The translations under genes and the position numbers were made by a program. A stretch of DNA of 13,286 bases from Candidatus Sericytochromatia bacterium. GTDB lineage: Bacteria > Cyanobacteriota > Sericytochromatia > S15B-MN24 > JAQBPE01. The first letter of the stretch is position 1, and each line of letters opens with the position of its first letter. This document shows, one piece after another, positions 7,701 to 13,286 of this stretch. The notes under the pieces were generated by a model. That model saw only the letters and a list, made by a program, of their open reading frames with translations. It made no database searches and was not told the DNA's origin. The stretch lies in contig JAYKHR010000020.1 in the NCBI GenBank assembly GCA_035285125.1, positions 1 to 13,286 on the forward strand, given 5' to 3'.

Positions 7701-8274
7701 CGAGCCCACCCGGGGCGCCGCGCTCGCAGCCGAGGTGGCCGCGCGGGCGGCGGACGCGGGCCTCTCGCTCGCGCAGGCGATGGCCCTCCTGGCCCGGGGG
7801 GCGATTGCGCTGGCGCTCGGCGAGGGCGCCACGGCACGCGACGCGCTGACCACGGCCCGGGCGCTGACGGCTGCCGGGGCTGAGGCGCGCAACCCCGGCT
7901 GCGAGGCCAGCGCGCTGCGGCTGCTCGCCGAGGTGGCCCTGGGGGAGGGGCAGCTGGGGGAGGCCGAGGGCTGGCTGCTGGCGGCTGACGCCTGCCTGGC
8001 GGATCCGGGCCTGGACCTCGCGCTGGAGCGCGGCGAGCTGGCGCGGGTCCGGGGCGCCTGGGCTGCGAGGTCCGGGGACGGGGCGCGCGCCCGGGAGGCG
8101 TTCGAGGCAGCAGCCCGGCGCTTCCGCGAGGTGGGCAGCCTGCCTGGGCTGCACGCGGTGCAGCAGGCCCTTCGCGACCTCACGCCTGCGCAGGCGGCCT
8201 CCAGCGACGACTGGGACGCGCTGGAGGCGTGGCTGGCAGACGAGGTGGGCGCGGAGGCCACGCCAGGGCCCTGA
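4792..8274 (+). CDS. Hanks-type Ser/Thr protein kinase fused to AAA/STAND-like ATPase and helical TPR-like C-terminus, 1160 aa
   Basis: Kinase motifs GKGSMGEV, ALK, HPNLV, HRDLKPAN, DFG, GTPGYMAPE, SDMYALG. ATPase motifs LTGRDAEL, Walker A AAGGVGKT, Walker B LVLEDLH, TGGVP. Ala/Leu-rich helical repeats follow. Confidence 0.93.
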   Translation: MTAGLLAGRYRPVALLGKGSMGEVWHVVDEAAGRTLALKLVAAETAERKLALRQEFRVLARLRHPNLVAVEGYGELADGTPYLAMQLVPGEDVDARLTRGRLPWDLVLAILLGATQALAFIHDRGLLHRDLKPANLRLQPDGTPTLMDFGLAGPIGLVPRGITGTPGYMAPEAIRGEPLGPASDMYALGCLAYELVAGVPPFEGEPREVLAAHLRRAPLPLTAFRPDVPPPLQALTDALMAKEAAQRPAGADEVLRALAELAGVAATQATASQRQSYLASAPLTGRDAELAQLNAAWARARAGEGQAVVVAAAGGVGKTRLVDAQLVDCTLDHGAVVRVACPEADLSPYAALAVAVQGLAASLGPPPPALAGLAEGGPDGPRAGAGGAPGGAPPPEATEVGRALAAWLSGAGPVALVLEDLHQADPGTVAAFCACARTLAAAPCLLIGTVRPEELPAGHQVWALATDGTVTWLALQPFDPTAFQALLAATLGQTALPERLVAALFEATGGVPCSLATLLREMVAQELLVRHLGTWLLPPADTLAVPASATEAFLSRLERLPEPARRLAGLAAVLGAAPTRASLLALGGLPEAACFDALDALAQAGLLIGGRDALRFVPERAREALYDMLPEADRRAWHRACAAHLATTGAGPAVLARHHEAAGGLALAGPCYLRAADEAQAANLPLAAFSYRVSAERCLMAADTADAPTLARLRWQAGLGGFSARPREAMALLERLAEQLEGESADLGPELPTRLEALMILTAACGLAGSPDRARTVAAEAQALLTGPDDPLWAVWYTVGCAGLLAAGHIDALRRATDQGRAVVRGLPTGPHHPLIHRAQVGLCGYQNARAYLGHPPDPAIEAEAMALTEALGAPATGGVIRHYRGIWLAWSGRVVELEAFVAREEELARALGGAPHAVVPYVRACAAWLRGEPRAALALVGRARQLGATVEPLDGYMAALEARLLAAVGEPTRGAALAAEVAARAADAGLSLAQAMALLARGAIALALGEGATARDALTTARALTAAGAEARNPGCEASALRLLAEVALGEGQLGEAEGWLLAADACLADPGLDLALERGELARVRGAWAARSGDGARAREAFEAAARRFREVGSLPGLHAVQQALRDLTPAQAASSDDWDALEAWLADEVGAEATPGP

Positions 8275-8291
8275 CTGAGGCCAGCCGCGCG

Positions 8292-8702
8292 TCAGAGCCC
8301 GAAGTCTGCCTCGAACGCCGTGCCCCCCGTGCGGCCCTGCACGCCCGTCAGCTTCTTGAGCAGGTCGAACAGCATCGCCTGGCGCTTGCGCGAGGTCGCG
8401 AGGTTGGCCTCCAGGGCCTCCCGGTCGGCAGCCGGGGCCTTCGGGGGCAGGGTGTCGAGGGCCAGCTGCGCCTGGTGCCCGAGGAACTGCTGGTAGGTGC
8501 GCTCCTCTGTCACCAGCCTGAAGACGCTGAGCTTGTCAGCGAACTCCGGCCTTGCCGTCGGGTCCTTGAGGTACGCCACGATGAAGGCCAGCCGCACGGC
8601 CGACTCGGCCGCGGCCGCCTCCCCCTTGAGCGACGCGCCGAGCGCGGGCTTGGGATCAGGCTTGGCGTCGGGCTTGGGCGATCGCTCGAACTTGCTGCTC
8701 AT
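8292..8702 (-). CDS. Hypothetical helical protein, 136 aa
   Basis: Coding-like composition. AGGAG RBS 6 nt before ATG 8702 (MSSKFE). Confidence 0.7.
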   Translation of the reverse strand: MSSKFERSPKPDAKPDPKPALGASLKGEAAAAESAVRLAFIVAYLKDPTARPEFADKLSVFRLVTEERTYQQFLGHQAQLALDTLPPKAPAADREALEANLATSRKRQAMLFDLLKKLTGVQGRTGGTAFEADFGL

Positions 8703-8799
8703 GGGCGCTCCTGGGGCCATCGCGGCGGCCCATGCCGGCTGTTGGCGTTGCCCCGAGCGTAGCAGATGGGCAGGCGGGAGGCCAAGGGGTGGGGCCCCC

Positions 8800-9657
8800 T
8801 CAGGCGGCCTGGCTGTCCGGCGTGGGCGCGGCCGCGCCCCCCCCGCCCCAGACGCAGCCGTGGGTGCGCGCCTCCGGCAGCGTCAGCAGGACGTGGGCGG
8901 CCAGGCACACCAGCCCATCCCCCGCGACGGGCAGCAGGCACTGAAAGGCGCTGGTGTCCTCGGTGCAGAGCACCAGCTGGCCGTCGCGCAGCCGCCGCAG
9001 CCGGCGCAGGACGTAGTAGGCGTCGAGCCCCTGGCTGACGGCGGCGAGGGCGAGGCCCCCTTGGGGGATCGGCCCCGCCACCGCGGGGCGGGCCAGGACC
9101 AGCGTGTCCGCGTCGAGCAGGCCCGCGTGAGGCGTGACCGTGATGGCGAGAGTGGCCTGAGGCGCCATCGAGGCCGGCAGCGTCAGCGTGCCGTCCCGAA
9201 AGGCAGGATCCCCGGCGGCGATTGCCGCATAGGTGTTCCCCGCGCAGAACTCGTCAAGCAAGTAGAGCGGGAGCTGGCGCGTGCCGCGAGACGGTCGGGC
9301 GCCGGCTCGCGGCTTGCGGGCGCCAGCCAACCTGGCGGCGTCCTCCCCGAGCCAGAGCGCCTGCCGCTCCTCGGAGACGCCATAGCCCGCGGCAAGCGCC
9401 TTCACCAGCAGCGGGCTGGGCAGGCCACCGGCCTCGACGGCGACGACCTCTGCGGCCAGGTCCTCCACGCTGGGCAGGTCCTGCTCGAGGCCCTCCTCCG
9501 CGTAGCCCTTGAGCTCGGTCGCGAACTCCAGCGGGGTGGCGGGGACCTTGGAGCGCACCACCGTGGGGTCGACGGGGTGCAGGCGGATGTTGGGGCGCCA
9601 CCAGCCATAGAACGTGCCGGTGCGGAACTGGCGCAGGCGTTGGCCGTAAAAGCTCAT
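8800..9657 (-). CDS. XRE-like HTH regulator with degenerate S24 (LexA/CI-like) C-terminal domain, 285 aa
   Basis: N-terminal YGQRLRQFR and later VEDLA...VEAGGLPSPLLVKALAAGYGVS resemble XRE HTH helices. The C-terminal LPLY...CAG...LAITV...DTLVL...GGLALA...VLRRL...LVL...PV follows the S24 layout. GGAG RBS before ATG 9657. Confidence 0.6.
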   Translation of the reverse strand: MSFYGQRLRQFRTGTFYGWWRPNIRLHPVDPTVVRSKVPATPLEFATELKGYAEEGLEQDLPSVEDLAAEVVAVEAGGLPSPLLVKALAAGYGVSEERQALWLGEDAARLAGARKPRAGARPSRGTRQLPLYLLDEFCAGNTYAAIAAGDPAFRDGTLTLPASMAPQATLAITVTPHAGLLDADTLVLARPAVAGPIPQGGLALAAVSQGLDAYYVLRRLRRLRDGQLVLCTEDTSAFQCLLPVAGDGLVCLAAHVLLTLPEARTHGCVWGGGGAAAPTPDSQAA

Positions 9658-9751
9658 GGCAACAGACTCCTCTCCGTGGCGGGCACGGCGGGACAGGCTC
9701 TCCCCCACAAGGGGTGCGAGGGGCAGGGACCAGGGGGGCGAGCGGCCGGGC

Positions 9752-10075
9752 TCAGGCGATCCCGAGCGCGAGCAGGGCCCGCTTGCGGCGGGAGCGGTCC
9801 TGCTTGTCGAGCCGCTTGATGCGGGCGGAAGCCTCCCGGTTGCGGTAGGCCGTGATGATGACGTCCCAGACCGGATCCATCACCAGGGTGATGCCCTCGA
9901 GCCGCTCCTGCTGGCGCCTCAGGTGCGCAGGCAGGTCCCGCGCAGCCAGAAAGATGTGGCGGGCGCCGGCACAGTAAAAGACCCGGCCATACCGGAGGGC
10001 CAGCTCGATGGCTTCGGAGGAAATGGCGCGCTGGGCCATCCGGGTCTCGGCATGCAGGGAGAATTCCACAGACAT
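9752..10075 (-). CDS. DUF4258-domain protein (RelE-like fold, putative toxin), 107 aa
   Basis: FSLHAETRMAQRAISSEAIELALRYG ... LVMD...VIITAYRN signature and basic C-terminal tail. Confidence 0.8.
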   Translation of the reverse strand: MSVEFSLHAETRMAQRAISSEAIELALRYGRVFYCAGARHIFLAARDLPAHLRRQQERLEGITLVMDPVWDVIITAYRNREASARIKRLDKQDRSRRKRALLALGIA

Positions 10076-10254
10076 TGGTACACACCCCCGTGGCGACTGC
10101 TAGGTGGCGGACAACGTTGAAGACAGCGTCGGGGGTGGTTGCCCACCGCCACGCGACCGGGAATCGGACCTGGCAGGTGTGCCCCGGGCGACGGCGACGG
10201 TCGCGACGAGCAAGCACCTTGTGCAAGCAGGTTAGCGCAAATCAGCCAGGCAGT

Positions 10255-10506
10255 CAATCATTTTTTGAAAATCGAATCAATTTTTTTCACACCCAAGACT
10301 TCCTGGAATTAAACAAGGATGGATAAGATACGATAACTGGTCAAACTTGGGCGCAATCTGGATTTTAATGTTGTATTTTTCAGGCAGCGTATTTTGTATT
10401 GCCGAAACGCCTATAAAAACGTGATTTAAAAATGGCCAATTTGATTCAAAAGTTATTTATATTTTTGACCCCATTATTGACAAAAGGCCGAAAACGGACT
10501 TATCGA
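10255..10506. promoter_or_regulatory. AT-rich intergenic regulatory region
   Basis: Abrupt A/T-tract-rich stretch in a very GC-rich background, upstream of the DUF4258 gene. Contains TTGACA at 10477-10482 (+). Confidence 0.5.
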
Positions 10507-10718
10507 CACCAAGGCCATCCTACGCCTGCGCGTGGTCTCCAGGCCGGTCCCCGAGCACGCGCGCTTGTCCCCTCGCCCCCCGTGCGGCGCATCACCAGCG
10601 TCCACGGGGAGGGCCCAGGGCCATCTGGAAGCCATCTGGACAACTGCGGAACCAGCCTCGGGCAGGCGAGGTGATGTCCCGCCACCATTCAGGCAGATGC
10701 ACCCGAGGGTTCCAGCTG

Positions 10719-11075
10719 TCAGGCAGCCGGCCGCTCCAGCTTTCTCACCAGCCCCCGCCCCAGGTCGAGCAGCCGCCTGTAGGGCCGCGGCGGCAGGTCT
10801 TGGAAGGCGACGTGGCGGAGCTGCTGCTCCTCGGCGCTCAGGGTCGGGGAGCGTCGTTCCAAGATGATGCGCCAGGTCTGGAAGACGTTGATGCAGGCAA
10901 AGACCAGGTTCCAGCCGATGGTGGCCCACAGCGGCGAGGGCTGCATCAAAAAGTAGGCCAGGAAGAACGCGGTCGCCGCCAGGTTGAGGCCGCGCAGCAG
11001 CAGCATGTTGCGCGCCATGAAGGACGCGAGCACGAGCAAGTTGGCGATGTGAACGAGGAAATCCGTGGCGATCAT
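10719..11075 (-). CDS. Popeye-domain-like membrane protein, N-terminal TM part only (cNMP-binding domain missing; possible pseudogene)
   Basis: HIANLLVLASFMARNMLLLRGL...YF...PLWATIGWNLVFACINVFQ..RIILERR...LSAEEQQL...F..L.PR.YRRLL..G matches bacterial Popeye/cNMP membrane proteins, then stops after ~12 aa. Start placed at MIATD (11075); the ORF track gives 11153. Confidence 0.65.
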   Translation of the reverse strand: MIATDFLVHIANLLVLASFMARNMLLLRGLNLAATAFFLAYFLMQPSPLWATIGWNLVFACINVFQTWRIILERRSPTLSAEEQQLRHVAFQDLPPRPYRRLLDLGRGLVRKLERPAA

Positions 11076-11661
11076 CCCAGCCACGTTGCGCGCAATGCCA
11101 GCACCTGGCACGGGCAGGTGGGTGATGGGGACGAGGAAGTCCACGGCGCTCACCCCACGTCCGCGTGGTCGGTGGGCACCGGCGCTAGGGCTTCAGGGGC
11201 GGGGGGGCCGGGGGCGATCACGATCGGGCTCTCGGAGCAGCGGTGGGGACGGGCTCGCATTCTAATTCAAACGGCCGCCAGGCCGCCTGCTGCGAGACGA
11301 GGGCGCCTCGAAAATTAAACAATATTTTCTATGTTAGAAACCTTCTCTTAACCATCACCCCCCACCCCTGGGACAAGAACGTTCCGGTTGCCGGCGATGG
11401 ACACGGGGGGCCCCCGGCCCGTCGCCCCACAGTGGGGCTGGGTCGGGCCCGCGACAGGCCGCGTCCCGACTTCCTGGCCCCGTGTGCGGGTCGCCTTCGG
11501 GCGATCACCGGACCTCCTCCGCGACGACGCCTCGATCATCCGCGCCGCCGGGCTCCCAGGCTTGAACCCTGAGGCTGCCGCCGGGGCGACGGCCGCTCCT
11601 CCGCCACCTCCCCGGCCGCCTGCCGGCGACCGCCCTCCCCAAAAGGATCCCAGGTCTCCCG

Positions 11662-12189
11662 ATGATGTTGTCTCGCTCGCTGGCGCTCAGCGCCGCCCTC
11701 GTCACCCTCTCCGGCTGTGGCGCCCCCCCCGCGCCCGCGCCGCAGGCCTCACGCCTGGCCTCAGCCACCGCGCAGCAGGTCCGGACGTTCCAGTGGAGCG
11801 GCACCGCCACCACCGACACCGAGAACCTCGTGCAGTTCTCCCTGGTGGCCTCCCACGGCGGAACCCGCGGCCTCGACGGCCAGGTGCACCTGCTGTACGG
11901 CGACCGCACGGGGTACTTCGCGGGCCGTGCGACCCTCATGGCCTACGTCAAGCTCGACACCACCGAGGGCCCGAAGGCCTTCCACAACGTGCCGATGCAG
12001 CTCGCCCGCGAGGTCGAGGGCGTGGCTTACTACCAGGCTGACCTCCCCGTGACGCTGCGGGAAACCGGGGTCGAGGTCGATGGGCTGGAGCTGGCGTTCG
12101 CCTCCTCCGACCGCTACGGGCACCTGACGTGGGACTCCGCCGACGGCCGGAACTACCACTTCACGCGCAGCCGGCAGCGGAAGGCCTGA
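11662..12189 (+). CDS. Lipoprotein with possible carbohydrate-binding (CBM21/25-like) beta-sandwich, 175 aa
   Basis: Signal peptide with lipobox LSGC. C-terminal LELAF...WDSADGRNYHF resembles the WD.N.G.NY motif of starch-binding-type modules. Confidence 0.7.
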   Translation: MMLSRSLALSAALVTLSGCGAPPAPAPQASRLASATAQQVRTFQWSGTATTDTENLVQFSLVASHGGTRGLDGQVHLLYGDRTGYFAGRATLMAYVKLDTTEGPKAFHNVPMQLAREVEGVAYYQADLPVTLRETGVEVDGLELAFASSDRYGHLTWDSADGRNYHFTRSRQRKA

Positions 12190-12353
12190 GGGGCGGCGGG
12201 GGGGCTCCCCGTCCCAGACGTCCGCCGGCTTACGCCAACCCCAGGCCCAAGGCGATCGACGTCTTCGACGGCGACGCCCCGCCGGCCCTCGCTGAGCGCC
12301 TGGCAATCGAGGTCAGCTGAAGCTCGGACGTGGCCGGCGAGGCCCCCCGGCCG

Positions 12354-12830
12354 TCAGTCGGCCAGCTTCGCCAGCGCGAAAGCGCCCGCCGCCGCGCCCA
12401 GCACCGAGGCGGCGACCACGATGGGGCCGGAGGCGAGGCCGAGCGTGAGGGCCCCGGCGAGCGCGAGGCCGCCTCCCGCGAGCGAGCCGAGGGCCGCGGC
12501 GCCGGGCTCCCGCCCGATGGACGAGCCCGCGTGACCGGAGCGGGCGAGCAGGCCCGCCATGGCCCCCACCGTGAGGCCCGCGGCCGCGCCCACGAGCGGG
12601 TTCGCGCGGGCCACCGCGGCGAGGCCGACGCCGGCAGCGGTGCCGATGGCCCCTCCCACGCCCGTCACGGTGACGTCCTCGACCACCCGGCGCTGGCGGG
12701 CAAGGCGCTTGAACAGGCTGTCGTCGCGGCCCTCCGAAGCGGCCGGGGGAGAGGCGCTGTGGTGGTGCTGGCGGGCGATCGCCGGCAGGGTGCGGGCGGG
12801 CGGCAGCGACGGGGTGGCGGAGACGGGCAT
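12354..12830 (-). CDS. Gly/Ala-rich (glycine-zipper-like) membrane protein, 158 aa
   Basis: AAGGAG RBS before ATG 12830 (MPVSAT). Several hydrophobic GxxxG/GxxxA segments (GVGGAIGTAAGVG, GAAAGLTVGAMAG, GAAAGAFALA). Confidence 0.7.
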   Translation of the reverse strand: MPVSATPSLPPARTLPAIARQHHHSASPPAASEGRDDSLFKRLARQRRVVEDVTVTGVGGAIGTAAGVGLAAVARANPLVGAAAGLTVGAMAGLLARSGHAGSSIGREPGAAALGSLAGGGLALAGALTLGLASGPIVVAASVLGAAAGAFALAKLAD

Positions 12831-13083
12831 CGGGGACTCCTTGGCAGGACGCCGCGCGGCGTCGGGGCACAGGGTTTGTCCCGCAGGCCGCCAACCGTGG
12901 GGCAACGAGGCGTGGCGCGACGGTTAAGCTTTAATTAACTCCGAAGAAGCCCCGGGTAGAGGTGGGGCACGTGACGGCCGTGGAAGCGCCGGCCCGGGGA
13001 AGGCTGCGGGCAGGGGCGTTCCGGGGCGCCGCGCCTGCCGGGCTGGGTCTCGCCAGGCACGTCGCCGCAGGGCCTTCGGGGGC

Positions 13084-13286
13084 TCAGGGCCATCCCAGCC
13101 CGTCGGCATCCGGCAGGTGCCAGGAGCGCTCCAGGTGCGCCAGGACCACAAGGTGAAAGACGCCACGCAGGGCCTCCTCGACGCCGGCCTCGGCATCGCC
13201 GCAGCGCCGGATGCACCCGGCCACGTAGGCCTCGAAGCTGGGCTCGTGCTCGAGGTGGAAGGCCACCACAGAGGGCGGCGACTGGG
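13084..13286 (-). CDS. 3' end of a hypothetical protein entering from the right edge
   Basis: Frame is open to the window edge (..QSPPSVVAFHLEHEPSFEAYVAGCIRR...GLGWP*) with coding-like codon usage. Confidence 0.55.
   Translation of the reverse strand, partial: QSPPSVVAFHLEHEPSFEAYVAGCIRRCGDAEAGVEEALRGVFHLVVLAHLERSWHLPDADGLGWP

Noticed and set aside
4636..8154. 1172-aa minus-strand ORF
   Set aside because: Antisense shadow of the motif-rich kinase-ATPase gene; Arg/Gly/Pro/Gln-rich with no domain motifs, typical of high-GC DNA.
10300..10340. Replication origin in the AT-rich region
   Set aside because: Only one partial DnaA-box-like match (TTATCCATC on the minus strand), no box cluster and no origin-associated genes.
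12190..12320. Short ORF tail (..KAIDVFDGDAPPALAERLAIEVS*) as a gene remnant
   Set aside because: No credible start/RBS or recognisable family; cannot be supported.
1..13286. CRISPR array, tRNA/rRNA, intact IS element
   Set aside because: No regularly spaced repeats, cloverleaf/rRNA signatures, DDE transposase or terminal inverted repeats were seen.

Overview
GC-rich bacterial window (taxon not determinable from sequence alone). The left part looks like an accessory/defence region. It holds an N-terminally truncated Rpn-family (recombination-promoting nuclease/putative transposase) ORF and a lower-GC minus-strand pair (class I SAM-methyltransferase-like gene + AlkB-family dioxygenase). Divergent from these is a DRT2 (UG2)-family antiviral reverse transcriptase (YADD intact) preceded by a structured ncRNA with its own sigma70-like promoter. 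The standout observation is that this ncRNA appears to keep the DRT2 scaffold but is only ~140 nt long. Where characterised DRT2 has the ~120-nt neo template, it has a ~23-nt loop, too small to rebuild a promoter + RBS + never-ending ORF. This suggests a neo-less, possibly short-tandem-repeat-synthesising DRT2 variant, whose RT also seems to start at a non-canonical ATC. The rest of the window encodes an SRPBCC-like protein coupled to a Ser/Thr kinase-ATPase-helical-repeat protein, a hypothetical protein, an XRE-HTH/degenerate S24 regulator with an upstream DUF4258 gene, an AT-rich intergenic region, a truncated Popeye-like membrane protein, a lipoprotein, a Gly-zipper-like membrane protein and a partial CDS. 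All family calls are motif recognition by eye; no searches were run.
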